From positions 96,001 to 160,000 of the forward strand of contig CBDCWP010000013.1 in assembly GCA_965223505.1 (NCBI GenBank): 64,000 nt of DNA. The letters run 5' to 3'. A program made the translations under genes and the position numbers. The DNA comes from Planctomycetota bacterium. GTDB taxonomy: Bacteria; Planctomycetota; PLA2; JAEUHO01. Numbering within the stretch: position 1 is the stretch's first letter; each line of letters opens with the position of its first letter. Below are positions 52,843-61,799 of the stretch, one piece after another. Below the pieces are notes generated by a model. The model was not told the origin of the DNA. It saw only the letters and a program-made list of their open reading frames with translations, and did no database searches.

Positions 52843-53094
52843 ATGATCGACATTAATCAAGCCATGTCGAATCCGTCTGCCGTTTTTGCTTCGCCACACG
52901 AGGTGCTGCATCATCAGGCGTTATCTCACCAGCAAAAAATAGAGATATTGCGCCAGTGGGCGCAGGATGCGCAAGCTTTACAAGTCGCGGAAGACGAAAG
53001 CATGACAGCGCCGCAAACTCAACCTTCCAGCCGCTTAGACGACGTCATGCAGGCCCTGCATGAACTCGGTGAGGAGCGGGATCCCGCATCCTGA
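52843..53094 (+). CDS. Conserved hypothetical protein (83 aa)
   Basis: GAGGAG RBS; PSAVFASPHEVL...KIEILRQW...ALQVAEDESM. Confidence 0.75.
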   Translation: MIDINQAMSNPSAVFASPHEVLHHQALSHQQKIEILRQWAQDAQALQVAEDESMTAPQTQPSSRLDDVMQALHELGEERDPAS

Positions 53095-53125
53095 AAACCC
53101 TAGACTCTATCATAGTGAGGAAACC

Positions 53126-54493
53126 ATGATCATCATCAATCGCGCGTCTGAAATTGACCGTAGCGAAGCTTATAAAACGTACGCTGAGAGATTCGCCAGC
53201 GGTCAAATCATCATCCCTCCTTTATTGTTGTCCAAACACGAGCGCCGTTTACACGTGCGCCGCACGCTGCGCGAAGATCACCAACAACGCATCCACAATC
53301 GGCCCGAAGGAGCGCAAGAGAAATTTGAAAAACTCGCCGACTCGGCGTTTTCATTTTTCCGCGGCACGGCGCTGCTTTACTATCGCGACTACGCCGGTTC
53401 TGATGCGCATTTGCCGCTCGTCTTCACCATCGGCGATGTGCATCCCGAAAACTTTGGCGTCATGCCCAATGAGGACGGCGCGCCCTTTTTCGGCGTCAAC
53501 GATTTTGACGAAGCCTGGGTGGCGCCCTTTTCTTACGATATCAAACGCGGCGCGGTCGGCTTTTATATCACGGCAAAAGAACAAGGGTTCAAAAAAAAGC
53601 GCCGCCGCCACGTGGTGCGCGCGTTTGTCGGCGGCTATCTCAAGGCTCTGGAAGAATTCGCCCGCGACGATCGCGAAACGACGTTCCAGTTTCGCATTGA
53701 CAACAGTCCGAAAATGATCAGAAAGCTTTTGCAAGGGGCGGTGACCACCCGTAAGGCGTTTCTTGAAGAGTTGATCGATTTAGACAAGGGGCAGTTCATC
53801 CCTACGGATGAAATCGTGCCGCACTCCGGCCAGATCGAGAAATTTCAACGCGTCGTCAATAAGTACAAGGCCGAAACGGACATCGGCGGCCGGACCAAAC
53901 CCAAAACCTTTTTCAAGGTCAAAGACGTCGCGATCAAAACGGGCAGCGGCACCGCTAGTTTGGGTCTTGACCGCTATTTCGTGTTGGTCGAAGGCTGGAG
54001 TAAGGACATCAGCGATTGCGTCGTGTTGGAGATGAAGCAGGCGCGGCGCTCGGCGCTTTACGGACTCGTGCCCGCCAACGATTTTGAAGAGGCCGAGAAG
54101 GCCGAACAGATCGTCATGGCGCACCAAATTCACTTAGCTGGCGGCGACCCCTTTTATGGTCGAGCGGTCATCGATAACGAGAGCTTTCTGGTTCGCGAGC
54201 GCAGTCCCTTCAAGGACGATATCGACGTTGACGACTTGAGCGCAAGCGAACTCAAGACCTACGCGGCGATTTGCGGCCGCGCCTTGGCGCAGCCGCACGC
54301 CCGCTCAGACGAAGATACGGGCTTCATGCAAGGCGACGCTGAAAAGCGGATTCTTCAGTCGATTCAAGCTGACGTCTTCTGCGATGATGTCATCGATTTT
54401 GCCGAGCACGCGAGTAAGCGTATCTATGCGGATTACGCCTTGTTTCGGCGAGACCACGCCCTCGGGGTGTTCAAGTTCTTGCACGACGATTAG
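53126..54493 (+). CDS. DUF2252 family kinase-like protein
   Basis: FSFFRGTA, GDVHPENFG, VNDFDEA, GTASLG..RY, LEMKQA, LAQPHARS. Confidence 0.9.
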   Translation: MIIINRASEIDRSEAYKTYAERFASGQIIIPPLLLSKHERRLHVRRTLREDHQQRIHNRPEGAQEKFEKLADSAFSFFRGTALLYYRDYAGSDAHLPLVFTIGDVHPENFGVMPNEDGAPFFGVNDFDEAWVAPFSYDIKRGAVGFYITAKEQGFKKKRRRHVVRAFVGGYLKALEEFARDDRETTFQFRIDNSPKMIRKLLQGAVTTRKAFLEELIDLDKGQFIPTDEIVPHSGQIEKFQRVVNKYKAETDIGGRTKPKTFFKVKDVAIKTGSGTASLGLDRYFVLVEGWSKDISDCVVLEMKQARRSALYGLVPANDFEEAEKAEQIVMAHQIHLAGGDPFYGRAVIDNESFLVRERSPFKDDIDVDDLSASELKTYAAICGRALAQPHARSDEDTGFMQGDAEKRILQSIQADVFCDDVIDFAEHASKRIYADYALFRRDHALGVFKFLHDD

Positions 54494-54666
54494 CGCGCGT
54501 CAGGGTTTTTCATTCTCGGTCTCTCACAAATTGCAAATTCGTGATAATATCTCCTCTCAGGCCATCGGCATGTCGCCCCAGACAGCTCCCCGGCCAAGCC
54601 GACGCAGCGCCACGGCGTTAGGGGCGGCATAGCTATCCACGCTTATGCCAAAGAGGGACGGGAGAT

Positions 54667-55954
54667 ATGAACGATAATCGCGCCACCATCGTCGCTTCTG
54701 ATTATTTAGAGCAAAACGCCGAGGCGCTTGTCACCAGTTGGATTGAGTGGGTCAGAGGGCGAGTGCAGACGACCGTTATCAATGCGTTGCCGCACCGCGC
54801 GCTTCGAAATCACGTGCCGCCCGTGTTGCGGAGCTTGGCGAAATTTCTGCGCAATCCAATCGAACTCGCGCGCCAGGACCTCTGCAACCATTTGCGCCTA
54901 CACGGCCAGATACGCCGCGATCAAGGCTATTCGCTCGAAGAGGTCTTAGCTGAGTTTGAAGGCCTCGCCGATGTGGTGACGCGCGGCGTGAGCCAAGCGA
55001 TTCAGGAACATGCGAGCGACGCCGAATCTCACGATGTGCTCGAAGTCGCCAACCGGCTGGCGTCAGGCCTGCGCTCTGTCAGTTACATTGCAATGGGAAC
55101 CTATATTAGAGCCGATCAAGACAGAGAGCAATTGATGGCTGCAAGCCTTGAAGAGTTTTCTCGCGCCATCGCCCATGAGCTACGCAATCCTCTCAACACG
55201 CTAACTTTAAACCTGCAAGTCCTTCAAGAAGAATTGGCTGATCACGAAGACCTGGTGCACTTATATCGAAGCGATGGATGTGGCTGTTAATCGGTCGACG
55301 TATCTGCTCGACACTATTCGCATCTTGACGATTGCCGAAAGCGCCCGAGCAGGACAACGCTTAGTCACTTTAGAAGAAGCTCTCAATCGCATTCAGAAGG
55401 AGTTCAATGACGAAATTTTTCATTTAGGGCTGGAGTTTCGAGTCGAGTCGCCTCTCCCCGAGGTGAGCATGGAGGCAACCGTCCTGTATCTCGTGTTAGT
55501 CAATCTTGTTGGAAACTCGATCAAGTATTGTGATTGCGACAAAAGCGAGAGATGGGTTGCCGTTAGCGCCACAATCATTGAGGAGGAAAATGATTCGGGT
55601 TTCTGTGAAATCCAAGTTGAAGATAATGGCCTTGGCATTGGAGAGGAATATCTGTCACGGGTTTTCCAAAAAGGGTTTCGAGCCCACCCAGAGCACGCCC
55701 AGGGCACTGGGTCGGGGCTTTTCATCGTCCAACAAGCGCTCAATTCCCGAGGGGCAAGCATCTCTATCGAAAGCCATGAAGGCGAAGGCACAGCGGTAAA
55801 GGTGCGACTGCGTTGTCTCCACCCGGAAGCCGCGGTCTTGTCTGCCGATCAATTCCGTGTCGAAAGCCTCATGGGAGAGTTTATCTGGAATGAGCTAACC
55901 GCTGCCCCGGGGCTTCCGGATAATGAGAGACAAACAGAGGCCGAAGAGAGTTAG
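54667..55954 (+). CDS. Histidine kinase with RsbRD_N-like sensor, HisKA and HATPase_c; frameshift near 55261
   Basis: HGQIRRDQGYSLEEVLAEF, IAHELRNPL, NLVGNSIKY, VEDNGLGI, GTGSGL; the ORFs join on removing one T. Confidence 0.85.
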
Positions 55955-56016
55955 CGTCGGCGTCAAACGTGGATCAGAGACGGCGACTCAGCTGTCAACC
56001 GTCATCGTTGACGTGG

Positions 56017-56319
56017 TTAACGGAGTTGTTTTTGAAAAGTCTTTTGCACGATTTCCTGGACGCCGCTCGAAAGACGACCGCCCAACAAATGTCCTAAGAC
56101 AGGTATATCTCCCGTTACATGCACTAAGACGTCGTCCACTGACATCTCAATCCAAAAGCCTCTGCCGTCAAGTCGCACTTCGCTTTGGTCAGACGACCAC
56201 ACCGTTTGTCGAATCAGCATCCCAAGGAGATCGTGGACTTGCTGGACAACCGACTTCAGATCCCCACGCGCTTCTTCTAGAGTCTTATCGTGTTTTAACG
56301 ATAGGGCAATCAGAGACAT
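56017..56319 (-). CDS. Putative polyhydroxyalkanoic-acid-system (PHA_gran_rgn-like) protein
   Basis: LKHDKTLEEAR, W, VDDVLVHVTGDIP pattern. Confidence 0.65.
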   Translation of the reverse strand: MSLIALSLKHDKTLEEARGDLKSVVQQVHDLLGMLIRQTVWSSDQSEVRLDGRGFWIEMSVDDVLVHVTGDIPVLGHLLGGRLSSGVQEIVQKTFQKQLR

Positions 56320-56488
56320 ATTTCTTGCCTTTCTATCCTATGATAAGCGATATACATAATCTCATGAGACAAAGCCTCATTTTATCAAAGTTCTCGTGCA
56401 AAAACCATGCGCGCCAATGAGGCGGTGTAGGCCATTTTCACCCCTCGGCTCTATTTGCCCTTTCTTACAATCCGGTGCAAACAAAATA

Positions 56489-56504
56489 AGGCATAGAAAT
56501 TGCA
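56489..56504 (+). promoter_or_regulatory. sigma54 -24/-12 promoter
   Basis: AGGCATAGAAATTGCA. Confidence 0.7.
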
Positions 56505-56674
56505 GATATTCATTATATGATTTCTGCTCTATGCATGAATCATTTTGTATAGAGGTGAGTGGTGAATTCATATTGGCCGCAATTGCATGATGTGTTGCTC
56601 GTAGTGCGCCAAGTAGAAAATCCATCTACCCACCTAGTGGTGAAATCTAAACTTATACGTTAGGAGAAAGATCA

Positions 56675-56755
56675 ATGAGAGGTGGAACGCTTACGACAGT
56701 CGTTCTCATATTGGTTGGTATCGCTGCGGTCATTTTCATTGCCCGAGCGATCTAA
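56675..56755 (+). CDS. 26-aa single-TM small protein
   Basis: TAGGAG RBS; MRGGTLTTVVLILVGIAAVIFIARAI*; downstream of the sigma54 motif at 56489. Confidence 0.65.
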   Translation: MRGGTLTTVVLILVGIAAVIFIARAI

Positions 56756-56905
56756 ACAGAGTTTGTGACTCGCACAACATCCGGGCGGCGCATTGATGTT
56801 GCCTGGGATGTGATCTGAGACGCATAAGTTTTGGCAATGCGTCTCAGAATAAATCTCTCAAAAACCACCACGACATATACCGCTCGTCGGAACCAACGAG
56901 CTGCC

Positions 56906-57751
56906 CTATGCTGCAATACGCCGGTAGCGCGCCTGCGAGAAGCAATAAACGCCATAGGCGACAAGACCGAGCGCCACGATCCCTAGGAGCCACGGACCAT
57001 AAGGCTGGCGGGCCAGCGTGTCGAGCGCCCCGGAGAGGCCTTTGGCCTGACTCGGATCCGCCTGAAGGGCCGCGATTATAAAAAAACCGCCAATGATCGA
57101 AAACGTGACGCCGCGCGCCGAAAGGCCGAATTGGCCGATACGCTTGGCCCAGCGACGCTCCGTGGCCGACATCTCACCGGACTTGTAACGCTCCATGAAT
57201 TTTGCTTTGTAGGCTCGGTAGAAGTGATAGATGCCCACGCCGATCACAATTGCGCCGACAGCACCAACGAGCCACAGACCAAAGGGCTGGGACATGAGCT
57301 TCGCGGTCAATTCCTGCTTGGAGCTGTCGCCGCTACCGCCGCTACTGCCGCCGCTTATAGCCATGCGGCCAGCAAGAAACGCAAGGCCCGCATAGGTAAC
57401 GCCACTGACGGCATAGCCGATGCGAGCGATAATCCCCTTGGCGTCGGAGCCCTTGCCTTCCGGATCTTTAAAAGCCTGAACAAACCGCCAGATGACATAG
57501 CCAATGAGCCCCAGCGCCGTCAATGCAACCAGAATGCGGCCGAAGGGTTGTTGGGCAATCGTCTCAATCGCGCCTTTTGAACCCTCTGTGGAACCGCCCG
57601 CGCCAACGGCCGTCATCACGGCAAGCACGCCGACGATAACATAGACCACGCCTTTGGTGGCATAGCCAAACCGCGCCAAGGTTTCCACCTTATCGCCCGC
57701 AGCTTGAGTGGCCTGCTGCACCGCTCCGCTTGTAGAAGATACGTCCCTCAT
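56906..57751 (-). CDS. DUF1206 family membrane protein
   Basis: Three repeats: LARFGYATKGVVY, QPFG, SARGV.F, GL.GALDTL..QPYG. Confidence 0.9.
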   Translation of the reverse strand: MRDVSSTSGAVQQATQAAGDKVETLARFGYATKGVVYVIVGVLAVMTAVGAGGSTEGSKGAIETIAQQPFGRILVALTALGLIGYVIWRFVQAFKDPEGKGSDAKGIIARIGYAVSGVTYAGLAFLAGRMAISGGSSGGSGDSSKQELTAKLMSQPFGLWLVGAVGAIVIGVGIYHFYRAYKAKFMERYKSGEMSATERRWAKRIGQFGLSARGVTFSIIGGFFIIAALQADPSQAKGLSGALDTLARQPYGPWLLGIVALGLVAYGVYCFSQARYRRIAA

Positions 57752-57820
57752 GATTAAATCTCCATCATGTTTCCCCGGAATCCATGCCAAACAACTTTTA
57801 AACTGATGATGCTTGTATGT

Positions 57821-57836
57821 CGCAAATATTGTGCCA
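57821..57836 (-). promoter_or_regulatory. sigma54 -24/-12 promoter (DUF1206)
   Basis: TGGCACAATATTTGCG. Confidence 0.78.
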
Positions 57837-57906
57837 CGCTGCAGAACCGCAACTAATATTTGTGGAGCCTGCGTGATATTCTGATGAAATTGCTGCAATT
57901 GATGTA

Positions 57907-57940
57907 TGCCATTTTGAAACATCTTTGCATCATTTTGAGA
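57907..57940. promoter_or_regulatory. Tandem palindrome pair, putative bEBP enhancer
   Basis: TGCCATTTTGAAA (57907) + CATCATTTTGAGA (57928), 21-bp spacing. Confidence 0.6.
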
Positions 57941-58004
57941 GAGTCGCACGGGAAAATACATCTTATGACGCCGCTTTTATTCTCCACTTTTTAGGCTGGG
58001 CGTT

Positions 58005-58020
58005 TGGTATGTTTTTTGCT
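58005..58020 (+). promoter_or_regulatory. sigma54 -24/-12 promoter (metallothionein)
   Basis: TGGTATGTTTTTTGCT. Confidence 0.68.
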
Positions 58021-58180
58021 TTGTATCGCATCCTGAGGCTGGTTGTGTATTTATACCTTACCGTCCGCAGGCCCCTAAAGGAAATTAGCGTCAAGGCTTC
58101 ATCTCGTGACCTGTCAAGCAGTGATCTGATGAGCTGGTCTGCATGATGGTCTATTTCACTCAAACAACAAGGAAATCAAG

Positions 58181-58327
58181 ATGAAATGCGCTTGCCAACG
58201 TCAATGTATGTGCGAGGTAACCCCTGCTCAGAGTCTTGAACGAAACGGACACCTGTATTGCAGTGAAGCTTGCGCCAATGGCCACACCCGAGGAGAAGGT
58301 TGCGGTCACAGCGACTGTCGTTGTTAG
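58181..58327 (+). CDS. smtA: Bacterial metallothionein (SmtA/BmtA family), 48 aa
   Basis: MKCACQRQCMCEVTPAQSLERNGHLYCSEACANGHTRGEGCGHSDCRC*; KCAC..C.C, YCSEACA.GH and GCGH..C.C match SmtA; AAGGA RBS. Below the ORF-track size cutoff. Confidence 0.92.
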   Translation: MKCACQRQCMCEVTPAQSLERNGHLYCSEACANGHTRGEGCGHSDCRC

Positions 58328-58593
58328 GGCGGATGAACAACTTTATGTCTAGCTGTCCGCCACCGCCTTCCAGGCGGTGGCGGACGATATCGTTGTCGAT
58401 TCGCCGGACAACACGAGAGAATGTCCACATGCTAGCTCGATACCGACAGGCGCGGCTTTATCACCTCTGAGGCCATCTCTGATGTGCGTGTAGAGATGAC
58501 CAAAGCATCTTCAGGCCGCTAGGGGTCCAGGGCTAGAGGGGAGGCGGCGGTTCAATCCTAGTCGCCATAAAACCTTTTTGAAATGGAAAACAT

Positions 58594-59004
58594 ATGACTC
58601 AACCATGGCAGTCATCTCGCCCGGAAAAATGGCGGGACACCAAGTCAGTTCACGAAGTTAGCTCAAGATTAAACCGAGTTCGCAAGTTGACCCATCTACT
58701 CGATTCGAGCTTTGGTATACCAGGGACATCAGTTCGCTTTGGGCTCGATAGCCTTTTGGGTCTGGTCCCTGGCGTTGGCGACATCGTCGGCGCCCTATTG
58801 TCAGGCTATATTGTCTATGAGGCGCTGCGGCTTCGCGCCCCCAAGCGCCTTCTAGCGCGCATGATCGGCAACATTGCCATTGATACGGCAATCGGCGCGA
58901 TACCGATTGCCGGCGACCTATTCGACATTGTGTGGAAAGCCAACAGAAGGAATCTGAGGCTATTAAATTGGCATGTCAAGCAGAACGCAAACGACATTGA
59001 CTGA
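58594..59004 (+). CDS. DUF4112 family membrane protein
   Basis: LLDSSFGIPGTSVRFGLDSLLGLVPGVGD, GDLFDIVWKANRRN. Confidence 0.92.
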   Translation: MTQPWQSSRPEKWRDTKSVHEVSSRLNRVRKLTHLLDSSFGIPGTSVRFGLDSLLGLVPGVGDIVGALLSGYIVYEALRLRAPKRLLARMIGNIAIDTAIGAIPIAGDLFDIVWKANRRNLRLLNWHVKQNANDID

Positions 59005-59006
59005 TA

Positions 59007-59180
59007 TCAATATTTCAAGATGACATACAAAGCGTGGACAATTCCTGGAATAAAGCCAAATAGAGTAAGCAAGATATTGAGCCAAAAGTGACCTTTGAAG
59101 CCTACTTCAAAAAAAACGCCTAAGGGAGGCAACAAAATCGCAAACACGATTTTGATCGGGTCGGTAATGGTAACAGCCAT
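59007..59180 (-). CDS. yqaE: YqaE/Pmp3 family membrane proteolipid (57 aa)
   Basis: AILLPPLGVFFEVGFKGHFWLNILLTLFGFIPGIVHALYVI; AGGAG RBS. Not in the ORF track. Confidence 0.92.
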   Translation of the reverse strand: MAVTITDPIKIVFAILLPPLGVFFEVGFKGHFWLNILLTLFGFIPGIVHALYVILKY

Positions 59181-59255
59181 GCGCATCTCCTGTACTCAAG
59201 ATAAGGGAATAGTAAAGGCTTTACAGATTTACTCCGTCTTGCCTTATGATCAAGG

Positions 59256-59271
59256 AGCAAATCTTATGCCA
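59256..59271 (-). promoter_or_regulatory. sigma54 -24/-12 promoter (yqaE)
   Basis: TGGCATAAGATTTGCT. Confidence 0.8.
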
Positions 59272-59331
59272 AGATGTCGCAAGTCGGAGGCAATCCGCCA
59301 AAGGCTGACTGCTTAAATCCCTCAGCGACCC

Positions 59332-59365
59332 TCTCAAAATAAAAACGAAGTCTCTCAAATTAATA
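59332..59365. promoter_or_regulatory. Tandem half-conserved palindrome pair, putative bEBP enhancer
   Basis: TCTCAAAATAAAA (59332) + TCTCAAATTAATA (59353), 21-bp spacing. Confidence 0.55.
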
Positions 59366-59449
59366 GATGCGGTCAAGACCACGTTGAGGCAAAATACAAA
59401 TGGCGCGAGCGGCGCGAGCGAGCTATGAGGCGTTCGGCTGCATCGAATA

Positions 59450-59465
59450 TGGCATGGAACTTGCT
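59450..59465 (+). promoter_or_regulatory. sigma54 -24/-12 promoter (AI-2E-cox operon)
   Basis: TGGCATGGAACTTGCT. Confidence 0.8.
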
Positions 59466-59570
59466 CTCCTTGAAAAATTTGGATTCGCTGTGACGCATAG
59501 GTGTTACAATAGCTTAAATCCTGCATAGACATGTGGAACCCAGCTCAAATTTTATACAAACGAGATTCGC

Positions 59571-60704
59571 ATGGAAAAAGATCATGCCTTCGAGGAATCA
59601 ATCTCTGCGCCACAGCAATCTCTGAGCATGGCCGAATTGGCGCGTTTGTTACGCGGCCCTCTCGATATCCGCTCTTTCGCTCTGAGTGTTTTGATGATTT
59701 TAGCACTTGGCGCAATGTTCTACGTCGCTCGCGCTGTGCTTCTTCCCATTCTATTGGCTCTGTTGTTGAGCTTTCTCTTGTCTCCAATGGTGCGAAAATT
59801 GGCTCGCCTGGGCATACCCGAAGCAGCGGGAGCAGCACTACTGCTTATCGCTATTGTAAGCCTGCTTGTTTTCGGCGTCTATCAACTCTGGGTGCCTGCC
59901 ACTCAATGGGTACAGCGACTGCCTTCCAGCATATCTCAGATTGAAGCTAAGATACGACCGGTCAAGCAATCCGTCAAGGAGATCAACGAAGCGACCAAAC
60001 AGGTTGAAAAAGTGACGACGATGAAGAAGGAGGCGGCGCCATCAACGGTTAAAGTTGAAGTGCAACGCCCTAGTCTCATCGGCGTCGCGCTTAATCAGAC
60101 CCTAAACTTATTGGCGACGGTGGGCGCGATGACGATTTTGTTGTATTTTTTACTCGCTTCAGGCGATCTGTTCCTCCTCAAACTCGTTCGCATTCTGCCG
60201 CGCTTTGAAGATAAAAAGCTTGCCGTCACCATCGTGCACGCCGTGCGACACGACATTTCGCACTATTTGTTAACGATTACCTTGATCAATGCCGGACTCG
60301 GCGCCGCGGTGGGCGTCGCCATGTTTGGGCTCGGCATGCCGAACCCTTGGTTATGGGGGGTCATGGCCGCCGTTTTCAACTTCATCCCCTATTTGGGCGC
60401 TGTAGCCAGCGGCGGCATTCTCACCATCGTGGCGCTCCTCACCTTTGACACCCTCGGTCAGGCCATGCTTGTACCTGGCGTCTTTCTTGGCCTAACGGGG
60501 CTGGAAGGGTTCTTGGTCACCCCCACCATTGTCGGACGTCGGCTCACGCTCAACCCGGTGGCGATTTTTATCTGGCTGGCATTTTGGGGCTGGCTGTGGG
60601 GGGTGCCGGGCATGTTACTCGCCGTACCTTTGTTAGCTGCCTTAAAAATCGTCTGCGATCATATAACGCCCCTCAATGCGGTTGGAGAATTTTTAGGGGA
60701 TTAA
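59571..60704 (+). CDS. AI-2E family transporter
   Basis: FNFIPYLG, LTLNPVAIF, FWGWLWGVPGMLLAVP. Confidence 0.92.
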   Translation: MEKDHAFEESISAPQQSLSMAELARLLRGPLDIRSFALSVLMILALGAMFYVARAVLLPILLALLLSFLLSPMVRKLARLGIPEAAGAALLLIAIVSLLVFGVYQLWVPATQWVQRLPSSISQIEAKIRPVKQSVKEINEATKQVEKVTTMKKEAAPSTVKVEVQRPSLIGVALNQTLNLLATVGAMTILLYFLLASGDLFLLKLVRILPRFEDKKLAVTIVHAVRHDISHYLLTITLINAGLGAAVGVAMFGLGMPNPWLWGVMAAVFNFIPYLGAVASGGILTIVALLTFDTLGQAMLVPGVFLGLTGLEGFLVTPTIVGRRLTLNPVAIFIWLAFWGWLWGVPGMLLAVPLLAALKIVCDHITPLNAVGEFLGD

Positions 60705-60707
60705 AGG

Positions 60708-61799
60708 GTGATCGCCACACGGATGTCTACATGCGCCGCGGCGTCAAGCCCACTGGGAAAAGGATTAATATTGTTACGTCTTTGGGGGTTACGTCTTTGG
60801 GGGTTGCGCCTTTGGGGCCGATGGCCCGGTTTATGGATAGGACTATGGCTAGCGGGCTGTCGCGGGCCTCAATCGGCTTTGGCGCCAGCTGGACGCGCGG
60901 CTGAGCGCATCGCCGATCTCTTTTGGGCGATGACGGCTGGGGCAGCCGTCATCTGGATCGTGGTGGTGAGCCTGGCCATTTACGTCATGCGCGCTCGCCC
61001 CGAGTCGCATGGCCAACGTTTTGCGCCATGGCTCATTATTGGCGGCGGCGTCGTTTTGCCAACCCTGACGCTAGCGGCGCTGCTCGCCTACGGTTTGGCG
61101 ATGATGCCGGACCTCCTGGCGCCGCCGTCGGGAGAACATGTCAAGATTGCGGTTTCGGGTGAGCAGTGGTGGTGGCGTGTGCGCTATTTGCCGCCTAGCG
61201 GCGACATGGGCGATCCTATCGAACTCGCTAATGAAGTGCGGCTCCCCGTCGGAACGCCGGTGATGTTTGAAGTGGAGAGCCCCGATGTGGTGCACGCCTT
61301 CTGGATTCCGTCGCTCGGCGGCAAAATTGATATGATTCCGGGGCGCGTCAATCGGCTGACCCTGGAGCCCACCCGAACCGGGGTGTTTCGCGGCGTCTGC
61401 GCCGAGTATTGCGGCGCGTCTCACGCCTTGATGGCCCTGGATGTCGTGGTTTTAGAAAAAGAGGCGTACACCGCTTGGCTGCAGCGCCAGCGAGAACCAG
61501 CGCAGGCGCCTGCGCAAGCTGAGACGCGGCGTGGACAAGAGGTGTTTATCGCCAATGGCTGCGGCGCTTGTCATACCATTCGCGGCGCTTCGGCCGACGG
61601 CGTGCTGGGTCCAGACCTCACCCATGTCGGCAGCCGCTTGAGCCTTGGCGCCGGCACGTTGCCCAACGACATCGAATCGCTCGTACAGTGGCTGGCCCAC
61701 ACGGACACCGTGAAACCGGGTGCGCATATGCCGGCCTTTGGCATGCTGCCGCCCGAGGACCTGAGGGCCCTAGCCGTTTATCTGGACGGACTGAAATGA
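60708..61799 (+). CDS. ctaC: Cytochrome c oxidase subunit II with fused cytochrome c (caa3 type)
   Basis: LAGC lipobox, QWWW, DVVHAFW, CuA motif CAEYCGASHALM, heme CGACH. Confidence 0.92.
   Translation: MIATRMSTCAAASSPLGKGLILLRLWGLRLWGLRLWGRWPGLWIGLWLAGCRGPQSALAPAGRAAERIADLFWAMTAGAAVIWIVVVSLAIYVMRARPESHGQRFAPWLIIGGGVVLPTLTLAALLAYGLAMMPDLLAPPSGEHVKIAVSGEQWWWRVRYLPPSGDMGDPIELANEVRLPVGTPVMFEVESPDVVHAFWIPSLGGKIDMIPGRVNRLTLEPTRTGVFRGVCAEYCGASHALMALDVVVLEKEAYTAWLQRQREPAQAPAQAETRRGQEVFIANGCGACHTIRGASADGVLGPDLTHVGSRLSLGAGTLPNDIESLVQWLAHTDTVKPGAHMPAFGMLPPEDLRALAVYLDGLK
60773..60817 (+). repeat. 15-bp tandem repeat x3 encoding (LRLWG)3
   Basis: gttacgtctttgggg x2 + gttgcgcctttgggg. Confidence 0.85.

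Noticed and set aside
18790..55265. Frameshifts near 18797, 23005, 31517, 31624, 41260 and 55261 as programmed frameshifting or phase variation
   Set aside because: Single-base indels mostly in short homopolymers across unrelated genes, with no slippery heptamers. Most simply sequencing or assembly error; needs reads.
56397..56412. sigma54-like motif GCGCATGGTTTTTGCA upstream of the PHA-system gene
   Set aside because: The invariant -24 GG is CG. Possibly a decayed member, but not counted.
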